The notes beneath the pieces are model-generated. The model was given only the letters and a program-made list of their open reading frames with translations, did no database searches and was not told the DNA's origin. Source: an uncultured Fidelibacterota bacterium (GTDB lineage Bacteria > Fidelibacterota > Marinisomatia > Marinisomatales > TCS55). From it: a stretch of DNA of 64,000 nucleotides. The stretch lies in contig CACBUT010000001.1 in assembly GCA_902542445.1 (NCBI GenBank), positions 18,296 to 82,295 on the forward strand, in the 5' to 3' direction. Positions 1 to 10,081 of this stretch are shown one piece after another. A program made the position numbers and the translations under genes. Numbering within the stretch: the stretch's first letter is position 1; each line of letters begins with the position of its first letter.

Positions 1-789
1 ATAATTTTTCCAGTTTAATCCAAGATATAAAAAAACAAAATTAATAAAGTCTTTAATTTTGTATAGATTTCCAGATGAGATCACAAAATCATTGGCAGAT
101 TTATGATTTAAAATTAAGTGAAATGCTTTTACGAAATCACCAGCATAGCCCCAGTCAATTGTAGCGTTTAAATTCCCAATTTCTAGTCTTTTTTCTAAAT
201 TGAATTTGATTTTAACTGCTTTATTAACAATTTTTCTTGATACAAAGTTCAATGACCTTAGATTAGATTCATGGTTATAAAGAATACCTACAGTTAAAAA
301 AAGATTATATTTTTGTCTATAATAATCAGTTATTCTCATTGCATCAAATTTTGTAATTCCATATATTGTTGAGGGTTGACAGTTTGTTTTCTCATTTTGC
401 ATTTCTGTAGATGTATCTCCAAAAATATGAGACGATGAGGCATAAAAAACTTTGGTTTTTGTTGAATGTTTTTTTATGGCTTCCAAAAAATTTACATAAT
501 AAAGCAGATTTACATTATAACTATTTTGAATGTGTTTTTTTTCATCGTCAATTGTCCCTTCTGATGACTGATGATAAGCTGCTAGATAATAAATTTCACT
601 AGGCTTAGAAAGTCTAACAAAATTTTCCACATCGTTATAATCTGAAATATCTAATTGATTTATTTTTAAGCTTTTTTCAGAAAAAAAATGGTTAACATCA
701 ATTTCTATAATTTCATATGATAAAGATTTTAAATGCTTAATTAGAAATGTTCCATCTTGACCTTTGGATCCTATTATAATTGCTAACAT
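1..789 (-). CDS. GDP-mannose 4,6-dehydratase-family SDR (Gmd/Rmd-like paralog); 3' end cut by window edge
   Basis: Absent from the ORF track because it runs off the window. My translation from the ATG at 789 reads MLAIIIGSKGQDGTFLIKHL...IYGITKFDA...YNHESNLRSLNFVSRKI...GNLNATIDWGYAGDFV. It has the GxxGQDG Rossmann motif, YxxxK, and the NHES/FV.RKI/DWG blocks shared with the Gmd at 3007-4041. Its start abuts the stop of the upstream gene at 790. Confidence 0.7.
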   Translation of the reverse strand, partial: MLAIIIGSKGQDGTFLIKHLKSLSYEIIEIDVNHFFSEKSLKINQLDISDYNDVENFVRLSKPSEIYYLAAYHQSSEGTIDDEKKHIQNSYNVNLLYYVNFLEAIKKHSTKTKVFYASSSHIFGDTSTEMQNEKTNCQPSTIYGITKFDAMRITDYYRQKYNLFLTVGILYNHESNLRSLNFVSRKIVNKAVKIKFNLEKRLEIGNLNATIDWGYAGDFVKAFHLILNHKSANDFVISSGNLYKIKDFINFVFLYLGLNWKNY

Positions 790-2037
790 TCAATAAATTT
801 CTATAAATGGCAAAGGAAAAATAAAATTGCCCCCATTTGACAGAAATTTTTCTTCTCGTTTTATTATAGATGATTTAAAATGCCAAGGGAGTACAAGAAA
901 ATAATCAGGTTTCATTTCTTTTGCTTCATCTTCTGATATTATTGGAATTTTAGTTCCAGGAGTGTAGCACCCATATTTACCAGGATTTACCTCAGCAATA
1001 TATTCTATTTCATTATTAGAAAAATTGCAATATTGCAACAAAACGTTTCCTTTTGTTGATGCCCCATAACCAAATATTTTTTTACCATCATTCTTTAATC
1101 TAAAAATTAAATCCCTTAAACTATCTCTATGCTTTATAACTCTTTCTTTAAATTCAATTAAAGGTTCTAAAGTGCCTATATTCATTTTACTTTCTTCATT
1201 TAATAGCCAATCTATATAAGCTGTATTCTGTCGATATTTTGATGAATGGGTATGTGTTGCGCTAACAGCAAAACTTCCGCCGTTGATATCATTCAATTGT
1301 ATATCAATAATCTTAAGGTCACATCTATTTAAAATATCTACTATATTATTAAGCGAATAGTACTCTAGATGCTCATGACATATGGTATCATAAGAATTTG
1401 TCCTTAACATTGATGGTAAGTAACTTTGCTCAAAATGCCATATGCCATTATCATCAAGAGTTTCTTTGATTGATTTAGCAAAAGCAATGGGATCTTCAAG
1501 ATCGTAAAACATAGCTATAGATGTAATAATTTTTGCTTTTTTGCTCTTGAGAAAAATATCAATCTTAGGTGAAGGGAAAAAATCTTCAACTAATTTTATT
1601 TCTTTTGAATAAAATTCTTTAAACTTTCCTGCTGTTGGGTCTATGCCAATTTTTATTGCATCATTATTATATGCTTTAAGTGAAGTTGCATCATTGCTTC
1701 CAATATCAATTATAATATCGCCTTTATTAATTTCAATTAATTTTTCTAGTGTATTTATTTTTTTTGTCAGATGATTTACCATGCTAGCATTTAGCCCTGA
1801 TCTGTATCCATAGTTCTGGCCGTACATTTCACTCAAAGAATAGGTATGATTTAATTGTAACAGTCCGCTATCTTTGCAAAAAACTAACTCTAGAGGGGAT
1901 TTTTCAACGACCTTGGTTGACGAAGATGGAAAAATACCAGACAAATGTTGATTGCCCAAGTCTAAAACAGAAACTAAGTTTTGACTAGAGCTTATTCTAC
2001 AATTTTTAATTTTTTTAAACATAAATAAATCTTTCAA
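790..2037 (-). CDS. NDP-hexose C-methyltransferase-like class I SAM methyltransferase
   Basis: N-terminal Zn-ribbon-like segment, SAM motif IIIDIGSNDAT, and a long C-terminal domain (GYGASTKGNVLLQY...) of the TylCIII/C-methyltransferase type. Adjacent to gmd. Confidence 0.65.
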   Translation of the reverse strand: MKDLFMFKKIKNCRISSSQNLVSVLDLGNQHLSGIFPSSSTKVVEKSPLELVFCKDSGLLQLNHTYSLSEMYGQNYGYRSGLNASMVNHLTKKINTLEKLIEINKGDIIIDIGSNDATSLKAYNNDAIKIGIDPTAGKFKEFYSKEIKLVEDFFPSPKIDIFLKSKKAKIITSIAMFYDLEDPIAFAKSIKETLDDNGIWHFEQSYLPSMLRTNSYDTICHEHLEYYSLNNIVDILNRCDLKIIDIQLNDINGGSFAVSATHTHSSKYRQNTAYIDWLLNEESKMNIGTLEPLIEFKERVIKHRDSLRDLIFRLKNDGKKIFGYGASTKGNVLLQYCNFSNNEIEYIAEVNPGKYGCYTPGTKIPIISEDEAKEMKPDYFLVLPWHFKSSIIKREEKFLSNGGNFIFPLPFIEIY

Positions 2038-2039
2038 TT

Positions 2040-2990
2040 TTAGTTTTTAACAATGAAACTTTTTTTAATTTTTTTAAAAAAATAAAAAAGTTTTAATTTT
2101 TTTAAAATTAATTTGACACCGTAGTTTAGGAGTGTAATTCTATAAAAATTTCTGTTAGTTAAGCTATCAGCTCTTTTATTTAATTCAAATTTTTTTGGTG
2201 AAATAAAAGGAGGCTTAATAGCGAGGGTAGACATATTTGCAAATCTGTCCCTAGGGTTTTTAGTGTGAACAGAATTTGCTCCATAACCTATATTTGATAT
2301 TAGATTAACGGCTGGACTTATTGCCATACCTCCTCTATTCATTATTGAAAATAAGTAGGGCCAAGACCAACTAGTATCCTCATTATGATAATTCCTTCTG
2401 TAAACTTCAATCCAAAATTTTTGAGTGATTTTATCTGAAAAAGAATTCTTAATCATATTTTTTTTTTCAAATGTAGGTAAATCTCTGTAGATATCATCAT
2501 ATCGATTCCATGACTCTCTCCAAGTTGCCCACCCATTTATATTAGCTATAGCAGAATAATAATAGCTTGAATCAATTTTTAATGAACCATTTAAATAATT
2601 AACTCCACTTATATGCATAATTTTTTTAGAATTTGAATATTTTTTTAAAAGTTTTTCAAAAAAAATAAAAGCAGTGGCATTTGGCAAACAATCGTCCTCC
2701 AAAATAATTCCTCTTTCTTCATTTTGAAAAAACCAATCAATAGAATTTTTAACAGATTTTCTACAGCCTAAATTTTCATTATTATATAATTTTTTAAGAT
2801 TACAATTCCAATCTATATTGTTAAATATATCTCTAGTTCTATCAGTATTCAGCTTGTCTTCATTAGACTTAGGTCCGTCTGCCGCAATGTATAATTTTTC
2901 TGGTTTGCTTTTTTTAATTCTTGAAAAAACCTTTTTTGTTATTTCCGGCCTATTATAAACTAAAAAGAGCAAAGGAGTTTTAAGTGACAT
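2040..2990 (-). CDS. Putative GT-A fold glycosyltransferase (GNT-I / HlpA-like)
   Basis: N-terminus LLFLVYNRPEITKKVF...LYIAADGP and an EDDC acidic motif resemble nucleotide-diphospho-sugar transferases. Assigned from motifs only. Confidence 0.45.
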   Translation of the reverse strand: MSLKTPLLFLVYNRPEITKKVFSRIKKSKPEKLYIAADGPKSNEDKLNTDRTRDIFNNIDWNCNLKKLYNNENLGCRKSVKNSIDWFFQNEERGIILEDDCLPNATAFIFFEKLLKKYSNSKKIMHISGVNYLNGSLKIDSSYYYSAIANINGWATWRESWNRYDDIYRDLPTFEKKNMIKNSFSDKITQKFWIEVYRRNYHNEDTSWSWPYLFSIMNRGGMAISPAVNLISNIGYGANSVHTKNPRDRFANMSTLAIKPPFISPKKFELNKRADSLTNRNFYRITLLNYGVKLILKKLKLFYFFKKIKKSFIVKN

Positions 2991-3006
2991 ATTATTATAA
3001 CAAATA

Positions 3007-4041
3007 TTATTTCAATTTTTTAATTAAGTCATTATCTGATTTAACCATAATCTCGATTAGTTCATTAATGCTTACATTTGGTTCCCAGCCTAATTTCTCT
3101 TTAGCTAATGAATAATCTCCACAAAGATAATCTACATCGGTAGGTCTGTAATATTGTTTTTTAACTTCAATCAAAACTTTTCCAGTATTAACATCAACTC
3201 CTTTTTCATTTACACCTTCACCCTCCCAGCTTATGTTAAATCCATTTAATTGAGCAACTTTTTCAACGAAATACCTAACAGAGTATGTTTTTCCTGTTGC
3301 TACAACATAGTCGCCAGGGCTATCACTTTGAAGCATTAGCCACATAGCTCTAACATAGTCTGGAGCATAACCCCAATCTCTTTCTGAATTTAAATTGCCG
3401 AGAAAAAGTTTTTCTTGTAAACCATTCTTTATTTTAGCAAATGAAAGAGTTATTTTTCTAGTCACAAAGTTTTCTCCTCTTCTGGGAGATTCATGGTTAA
3501 ACAAAATACCATTGCAAGCAAACAAATTATATGCTTCCCTATAATTTTGTGTTATGTAGTAAGCAAAAGCTTTGCCGCACGCATATGGACTTCTTGGATA
3601 AAATTTTGTATTTTCATTTTGAGGTTTTTCAACAACCTTGCCATACAATTCCGAACTTGATGCTTGATAAAGTTTAGTCTTAATACCAGTTTCTCTAATA
3701 GCGTCAAGCAATCTCAAGGCTCCTAATCCATTTACATCAGAAGTAAACTCAGGAGTTTCAAATGAGACACCTACATGACTTTGCGCTCCTAGATTATAAA
3801 TTTCATCTGGATTAGTTTTCTCAAGAATTCTATTCAGTGAACTTGAATCAGCTAAATCGCCATAGCATAATTTAAAATTTTCACTTTGATTGCCTGAGCT
3901 TAAATGTTCAATTCTTTGTCGATTAAACTGACTAGTACGTCGCACCAATCCATAAACTGTATATCCTTTTTCAAGCAATAACTCTGATAAATAAGACCCA
4001 TCTTGACCAGTCACACCTGTAACAAAAGCTTTTTTTTTCAT
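3007..4041 (-). CDS. gmd: GDP-mannose 4,6-dehydratase
   Basis: [54 protein letters not shown] and [10 protein letters not shown] give a full-length match to the Gmd signature pattern. Confidence 0.92.
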   Translation of the reverse strand: MKKKAFVTGVTGQDGSYLSELLLEKGYTVYGLVRRTSQFNRQRIEHLSSGNQSENFKLCYGDLADSSSLNRILEKTNPDEIYNLGAQSHVGVSFETPEFTSDVNGLGALRLLDAIRETGIKTKLYQASSSELYGKVVEKPQNENTKFYPRSPYACGKAFAYYITQNYREAYNLFACNGILFNHESPRRGENFVTRKITLSFAKIKNGLQEKLFLGNLNSERDWGYAPDYVRAMWLMLQSDSPGDYVVATGKTYSVRYFVEKVAQLNGFNISWEGEGVNEKGVDVNTGKVLIEVKKQYYRPTDVDYLCGDYSLAKEKLGWEPNVSINELIEIMVKSDNDLIKKLK

Positions 4042-5273
4042 ATTAAAATCAACCTATTTTTTTTTTCAAATTTATTATTTACTCCAATAGGAAATAAATA
4101 TTTATACTTTAAACTGCTTAACTTGTAATTATTAGATAATGCTACATCAATGTTGGCTTTATTTAATTCTATACAATATTTTTTTTTTAATACACCGTAT
4201 CTATCTTTATTATCAATTTCACCAAATTTATTTATTACATTTTCAGTCCAAATAAATGTGGTTTTTTTTAAATATAAAGATTCAAATAAAACCCCACTAT
4301 TCCCTGTAATTATCTTTTCTGATTTTTCATAAAAAGTTTTAATAATTTCTTTTTTTGGATTTGATAATGCAATATTCAAATCATATATTTTTGATATAGA
4401 ACTTATCATTGATGGATGAGGTCTGTATATAATTTTGTAATTTTTAGATAAAAAACTTAAGATAAATATTATATCGCTCATAGTCATGCTTGGCGTTGAA
4501 CAAACTCCAAAATCATATATCTTTTTTTTAAAAGAATATCCATATAATTTCGGATATTCTATAACTTGAATATTCTTTTTATTAATATTGTGATTTTCAA
4601 CAAAAAAAGTTTTTGAAATATAGTTGTCAACTAGAATATTGTCTGTAATTGGCTTTGGATAAGCCTCACTTGGCTGGCCATGAGTTACAAAAAAAGTTCT
4701 TATAATATTTTTTTTAGATTTTTTAATCAGTAGTCTAGTAAAATAATTATGATCATTTGAAATAAATAATCGCTTAATATTGCCTAACTTGATAAATCTT
4801 ATTGTTATTGTGCAAATAATTGATTTTGATATTTCATTTGAATATAAAAATGCTCTTTTTTGACGCTCTTTAAAAATTAATGGCATAGAAAAAAAAATGA
4901 AAATATGGATTAAAAATCCAAATATCGAATTAAACAGATCAATAATAATTAGAGGTTTGGATTCATCGGTATAATTTCCATAAGATAAAATTTCACCCTT
5001 TAAATTGAATTTTGAAATCAAATTTGAAAAAGTAGTTGTATTATTGTTTGTAACAGAAATAAAAACATTTTTTTTATTTTTTAAATTAATTTTTTGTTTT
5101 TTTTTAAACAGAAAAAAATATAGTATTTCTATAATATTTTTAGATAGTCTTAATTGGTTTTTAATTAAATGATAAGGTGCATTTTTATATATTTTATTAA
5201 TATAATCTTCATTTATCATTTCAAACACTGAAATGTTTGAATCAATAATACTTTTAACAAAACTATTATTCAT
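4038..5273 (-). CDS. Hypothetical polysaccharide-biosynthesis protein, possibly a GT-B-like transferase with an HP motif
   Basis: ATGA overlap with gmd. Hydrophobic segment ([16 protein letters not shown]). C-terminal half carries THGQP, YRPHPSM and [13 protein letters not shown], reminiscent of capsule/ulosonic-acid transferases. Function not established. Confidence 0.4.
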   Translation of the reverse strand: MNNSFVKSIIDSNISVFEMINEDYINKIYKNAPYHLIKNQLRLSKNIIEILYFFLFKKKQKINLKNKKNVFISVTNNNTTTFSNLISKFNLKGEILSYGNYTDESKPLIIIDLFNSIFGFLIHIFIFFSMPLIFKERQKRAFLYSNEISKSIICTITIRFIKLGNIKRLFISNDHNYFTRLLIKKSKKNIIRTFFVTHGQPSEAYPKPITDNILVDNYISKTFFVENHNINKKNIQVIEYPKLYGYSFKKKIYDFGVCSTPSMTMSDIIFILSFLSKNYKIIYRPHPSMISSISKIYDLNIALSNPKKEIIKTFYEKSEKIITGNSGVLFESLYLKKTTFIWTENVINKFGEIDNKDRYGVLKKKYCIELNKANIDVALSNNYKLSSLKYKYLFPIGVNNKFEKKNRLILI

Positions 5274-5278
5274 TATTT

Positions 5279-6544
5279 TTATTGGCTTTGAAAAAAAAAC
5301 GAAACCTTTTTAATGGCTTTTATAATTAGTTCTATATCATCTCTACTAATATTATAATGATGACAAATTTTTAACGAAATTAACTCGCTATCATTTAGAG
5401 AGTCTGCAACGATGAATTCATTCTTATTTTCAATATATTGTTCAAATGCTTTTAATCTGGTTAAAGGTTTTGTATAGCCTTCAACCATAGGTACGCCTTC
5501 AGCATTACATGCTTTAACAAAAGTTTTTCTTGAAGTTTTTATTTTATCTGCATTAAAAATAATTGGATATATAAATATAACATTCTCTTTGCCGCTTATA
5601 ATTGAAATAGTATCTAAACCTTCAATTTTTTTCAAACCCTTAGTAAGCATGTTTCCTAATTTAATTTTTCTATCATTAAATTTGTCTAACCTTTTGAATT
5701 GTTCTACTGCTACTGCAGCTTCTAAATCTGTTAACCTATAATTGTAACCTATCATCTGATTAGATTCAGCTTCAGGAAAAGATTCACTCATAGCTTCGCC
5801 GTGATTTCTAATTAATTGGAGTTTAATAGCATATTTATAATTATTTGTTATAGCAACGCCCCCCTCCCCTGCGGATATTGTTTTACTTTGATTAAAGCTG
5901 AATACACCAATATCTCCAATTGTACCTACGAGTTCATTATTGTATGATGTTCCAGGAGACTGGGCACAATCTTCAATTATTTTTAAGTTATGTTTTGAAG
6001 CGAGCTCCTGAATGCTATGCATATCTGCTGAAACACCAAATAAATGAACTACAATTATAGCTTTGGTTTTTGCAGTAATTTTCTCTTCAATTAATGAAGT
6101 ATTGATGTTGAAACAGCCTTTTTCAAGTTCAATTTTTTTCTCACAGGAACAATCATGACATCTTCCTTTTTTTATGTCAACAAATACTGGAATACCCCCG
6201 CACATTAAAATTGCTGCTGCAGATGCAGACATCGAAACTGATGGAACGATTACTTCATCTCCAGGTTGGATCCCAATAGCAAAAAGGGCGCTATGCAGTG
6301 AGCTTGTAGCGCTATTAGAAGCAACTGCATATTTTGTTTGAAAATAGTTTTTAAATTGCTCTTCAAGCTCAATAACTTTTTTACCACCATAAAACTTTGG
6401 TCCATTGTTCGCAACAAAACCTGAAATTGTTTGTGATCTAATAACTGAAAGAACAGCTTTTTCTTCCTCTTTAAAATATGTTGCTCCTAAATCAAATTTT
6501 TTATTTATAAGTCTTTTTCCTCCGTATAAAGCAATCTTGCTCAT
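5279..6544 (-). CDS. DegT/DnrJ/EryC1/StrS-family PLP-dependent sugar aminotransferase with a Cys-rich insertion
   Basis: ASNSATSSLHSAL, GDEVIVPS, FSFNQSKTISAGEGG (PLP lysine region). Insertion GRCHDCSCEKKIELEKGC at residues 127-144. Confidence 0.82.
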   Translation of the reverse strand: MSKIALYGGKRLINKKFDLGATYFKEEEKAVLSVIRSQTISGFVANNGPKFYGGKKVIELEEQFKNYFQTKYAVASNSATSSLHSALFAIGIQPGDEVIVPSVSMSASAAAILMCGGIPVFVDIKKGRCHDCSCEKKIELEKGCFNINTSLIEEKITAKTKAIIVVHLFGVSADMHSIQELASKHNLKIIEDCAQSPGTSYNNELVGTIGDIGVFSFNQSKTISAGEGGVAITNNYKYAIKLQLIRNHGEAMSESFPEAESNQMIGYNYRLTDLEAAVAVEQFKRLDKFNDRKIKLGNMLTKGLKKIEGLDTISIISGKENVIFIYPIIFNADKIKTSRKTFVKACNAEGVPMVEGYTKPLTRLKAFEQYIENKNEFIVADSLNDSELISLKICHHYNISRDDIELIIKAIKKVSFFFQSQ

Positions 6545-6558
6545 TTCATCCTCCAGAT

Positions 6559-7575
6559 TTAAATTTTAATATTGTAATGTCTTTTATTAATTGGAATGTT
6601 AATTCTTCTTTTTTCTTTAAATGACAATATACTTGAAACAATTAATTCTAAAGATTTCAATCCATCTTTAGCTGAACAATTTAATGTGGCTTTTTTCTCA
6701 ATTGATTCTATAATATTTGTAATGCTTGCTTCAAATGGTTGAGAAGAATTAAAATTTACATTTTCTATTTCTTTTTTATAAAGCTCATTAAACTCGCTTG
6801 ATCTTTTGCTTGGCAAAGCTTTATGTAAAACAATTTGCTTCGAAGTATCAATAGTTAACCTATATTTATCTGAAAAAATTTCAAGTTCAAATATTCTAAA
6901 ATTATTTCCATTAAGGCCAACCATATTACAGTTCATACCATTTTGAAAAGTTAAAACCAAGGTCAAAGTTGGATCATTATGAAAGTCATCAACTTTTTTT
7001 ATACTAAATAAAGACTTAACATCGCCAAACAAAAATCTTAATAAATCGAATAAATGTGATCCAGTGTTTGCCACTCCTCTAGTATAATTAAAATTTATAT
7101 GTTGAATATCCCCATAATACTTCTGACTAATTTGATTTTTCAAATTTATAAAAAATTCATCCCAGCGTCTAAAATGATTAATGGTTATCAAAGTATTTGA
7201 TTGTTCGCACATTTTTATAATTTTATTTGCACTATCTAAGTTGTGTGCAATAGGTTTTTCACAAAAAATTGCTTTTACATTATGTTTTATAGCATATTCA
7301 ATTATTTCTTCGTGTGTTTCGGGATATGTACAAACGCTTAATATGTCAATCTTTTCATATTTTAGCATTTCTTTGTAATCACTATAATAAGATTCAGTTT
7401 TCCATGTTCTGTGAGCTTTAATAGCTTTAGATTTATTCAAATCACAAACAGAAGTTAAATTTGTTTGATAATGTGATGAATAAGCTCCGCAATGGCTAGA
7501 AACTATTTTTCTTTTATCATCATCGTCAAAAGTAGAGCCAATTCTTCCACATCCGATTACTGCTGATTTATACAA
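6559..7575 (-). CDS. Gfo/Idh/MocA-family NAD(P)-dependent oxidoreductase
   Basis: N-terminal AVIGCGRIGS Rossmann motif and the EKP motif (IFCEKPIA). Confidence 0.82.
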   Translation of the reverse strand: MYKSAVIGCGRIGSTFDDDDKRKIVSSHCGAYSSHYQTNLTSVCDLNKSKAIKAHRTWKTESYYSDYKEMLKYEKIDILSVCTYPETHEEIIEYAIKHNVKAIFCEKPIAHNLDSANKIIKMCEQSNTLITINHFRRWDEFFINLKNQISQKYYGDIQHINFNYTRGVANTGSHLFDLLRFLFGDVKSLFSIKKVDDFHNDPTLTLVLTFQNGMNCNMVGLNGNNFRIFELEIFSDKYRLTIDTSKQIVLHKALPSKRSSEFNELYKKEIENVNFNSSQPFEASITNIIESIEKKATLNCSAKDGLKSLELIVSSILSFKEKRRINIPINKRHYNIKI

Positions 7576-7593
7576 CTTTAATACTCTACTTAA

Positions 7594-8346
7594 TTATCTT
7601 ACAGGTTTAGACACAATATTTTTATTTGATAATTGAATATTATTATTTTTAATAATATCTAAAACATTTTTTGTTTTAAAACCTGGATATATATTTTTAT
7701 TGAAGATTTCAGTATAAATATCTTGCGCAAAAGTAAAGTCTTCCTCAGTATCAATTGTTAATCTTATTTCAGGATTTCTAATCTCCGCAGGTGCATAAAA
7801 GTTAATTATCTTATAAATGTCAGGATTTTCATAATAATAAAGCGAAACATGTTCATCAACAGCGGGATCACAAATATTATCGTAAATATTTCTTAAAGAC
7901 TCAGTTGAAAAAACCTGCACTCTTAAACCCATTGGAAAAGTTTTTTCAATAGTATTGCTAATATAATCACATCGTGTCAATTCGTACTCATCTATTATCA
8001 TATCTATTATTTCTGGATCTAAAAATGGATTATCTCCATGCAATTCAACAATATTTTCAATTTTAAATTTCTCAGCTGCTAGAACTACTCTCTCAAGAAC
8101 ATTTTCTTCAGATCCTCTAAAAACACTTACATTTTGACTCTCAGCAAAATGTACGAGATCATCATCTATTTTATTAATAGTCGTTGCTAAAACTAATTTA
8201 TCAATTTTACTAGAACATCTAATTCTATCAAAAACTCTTTTTATCATTGGTTCATTACTTAAGTTTTTAAGTGTTTTCCCTGGCAATCTGGTTGATCCCA
8301 TTCTCGCCTCAAGAACTGCACCGTATTTTGCTTTATATTTAATCAA
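7594..8346 (-). CDS. Cytidylyltransferase (SpsF / acylneuraminate cytidylyltransferase family), copy A
   Basis: GAVLEARMGSTRLPGK nucleotide-binding motif. 8-nt overlap with the upstream NeuB-like gene. Confidence 0.78.
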   Translation of the reverse strand: MIKYKAKYGAVLEARMGSTRLPGKTLKNLSNEPMIKRVFDRIRCSSKIDKLVLATTINKIDDDLVHFAESQNVSVFRGSEENVLERVVLAAEKFKIENIVELHGDNPFLDPEIIDMIIDEYELTRCDYISNTIEKTFPMGLRVQVFSTESLRNIYDNICDPAVDEHVSLYYYENPDIYKIINFYAPAEIRNPEIRLTIDTEEDFTFAQDIYTEIFNKNIYPGFKTKNVLDIIKNNNIQLSNKNIVSKPVR

Positions 8347-9355
8347 TTATATAATCCCATTCTAATTTTTCATGTTTATTTAGATTCTTATTTACTTTTT
8401 TGCCTAATAATTTGTAATAATCTACAGCGCTAATACCGTTATTAGGCCTTAGAACTGTAATATTGTCCTCAGCTAAAACTTCACCTTTTTTAATTTTTTT
8501 TGATGGATACACAGCCCTTCTAAAAGATGTTAAATGGCCACTATCTACTTCCGTAAAAAGTGGCTTCTTCTTGTAAGATCCATCTATTTTTTTTGAAGTT
8601 TTTATGAAACCAATTAATTCAATTATTTCTTGCTTAGTAAATGAAACTTTGTGATCTCTAAAAACTTTGTGATCTCTAGAGTCAGTAAAATGCATCTCTA
8701 TAATTTCTGCACCCTTTGAAAGTGCCTGCTTCACAGCAACGCTTCCAATAGTATGATCAGAATAACCAATTGTCAAATTAAAATTATCCTTATAATTTTC
8801 AATTACTGCTAAGTTTGCTTCATCTAGCTCTATAGGATACATCGACGTACATTGAAGCAATGCGAGATTCTCTTTTCTTTTATATATCGAATTTTCATTT
8901 TGTAAAAAATTAACTGATGATGCAACCTCATCAAATGTAGATAATCCTGTAGATAGAATTATTGGCTTTCCAAGTCTAGCTATACTTTTAAGAAGCGGGT
9001 AGGCTGTTAAATCACCGGACCCAATCTTGTAGAAAGGCATATATTTATCAATCCAATTAAAAGCTGTTAAATCCCACACTGATGAAGTAAAAATCACATC
9101 ATTGTCATTGCAAAGTTTTGCCAATTCTATGTATTGATCTTTAGATAGTTCAAATTTTTTAAAATGAGTATTTCTATTTTTATCTTCAAGTGGATTAACT
9201 AGTGTGTCGCCAGTATAGATTTGGAACTTAATAGCATCAACTCCAGAAGCACAAGCGAGCTTTGTAAGCTCTTTGGCATAGTCAAAATCACCTTCATGAT
9301 TACCTCCGATTTCAGCAATCAAAAATGGTCCATTTTTTCCTTTAAAGATACTCAT
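8339..9355 (-). CDS. NeuB-family nonulosonic acid (sialic/legionaminic/pseudaminic-type) synthase, copy A
   Basis: FLIAEIGGNHEGDFDYAKEL, DAIKFQ, YSDHT, EMHFT, and a C-terminal SAF-like domain. Contains an in-frame 18-bp tandem duplication (RDHKVF twice). Confidence 0.87.
   Translation of the reverse strand: MSIFKGKNGPFLIAEIGGNHEGDFDYAKELTKLACASGVDAIKFQIYTGDTLVNPLEDKNRNTHFKKFELSKDQYIELAKLCNDNDVIFTSSVWDLTAFNWIDKYMPFYKIGSGDLTAYPLLKSIARLGKPIILSTGLSTFDEVASSVNFLQNENSIYKRKENLALLQCTSMYPIELDEANLAVIENYKDNFNLTIGYSDHTIGSVAVKQALSKGAEIIEMHFTDSRDHKVFRDHKVSFTKQEIIELIGFIKTSKKIDGSYKKKPLFTEVDSGHLTSFRRAVYPSKKIKKGEVLAEDNITVLRPNNGISAVDYYKLLGKKVNKNLNKHEKLEWDYIID
8644..8679. repeat. Perfect-period 18-bp tandem duplication inside neuB-like copy A
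   Basis: aaactttgtgatctcta occurs at 8644-8660 and again at 8662-8678. It encodes RDHKVF-RDHKVS on the minus strand. Confidence 0.85.
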
Positions 9356-9370
9356 AATAGATTGAAAAAT

Positions 9371-10081
9371 TTAAAACTGATAAGCATACGAACCGCTTGA
9401 AATTTTTTTTAAGACTTCATTCATTTTATCTTTGTCAATTACTTTAAAATACCTTCCGCCTTGATCATACTCAAGATTAATATTTGGATTTCTAATAAAA
9501 TTCTCAAGAGATCTTGAAAGCAATTCAAAGCCATGTTTGTATACTTTTACCCTAATATCGGAATATGAATCACTTTTTAAAAAACTAATTTCTTCTTTCA
9601 GCAATATTGGTCCTTCATCAATCTTATCAGACATCAAGTGAACTGTATTTCCAACCGGCTCATCGTGGTAAATAGCCCACTCTACACATGTGCATCCTCT
9701 AAAATTAGGCATAATTCCTGGATGGCAATTAATGACTCCAATTGTTGGAGAATTAAGAATATTTTTTTTTAAAATCCTTGGAGTGCCAGCATTGACTAAA
9801 ACATCAATATTTTTTTCAAGAATGAATTTTTCAAAACTATCAGAACAATGACTAGTGAAATAATAACAAGGTATCATTTTATTTTCATAATTATGGAGAG
9901 GAATTAAAGGAATCTTTCCTTTTGTTCTTTCTTGCCATAATATATGGTGCTTTTGATTTGGTAATTTAGAATCGAAGATAATGGCTTCAATGCTAATCTT
10001 TTTGGAAACAAAACTATTTATAATATGCCCAAGTATTTCAGATTTAGGGGTACTAAGTAATGCTATTTTCATATTTTTCAA
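9371..10081 (-). CDS. Formyltransferase (Fmt N-terminal-domain family), likely sugar N-formyltransferase
   Basis: VINCHPGIMPNFRG and the DEGPIL motif are typical of formyl_trans_N. Its size lacks the tRNA-binding C-domain. Confidence 0.75.
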   Translation of the reverse strand: MKNMKIALLSTPKSEILGHIINSFVSKKISIEAIIFDSKLPNQKHHILWQERTKGKIPLIPLHNYENKMIPCYYFTSHCSDSFEKFILEKNIDVLVNAGTPRILKKNILNSPTIGVINCHPGIMPNFRGCTCVEWAIYHDEPVGNTVHLMSDKIDEGPILLKEEISFLKSDSYSDIRVKVYKHGFELLSRSLENFIRNPNINLEYDQGGRYFKVIDKDKMNEVLKKISSGSYAYQF

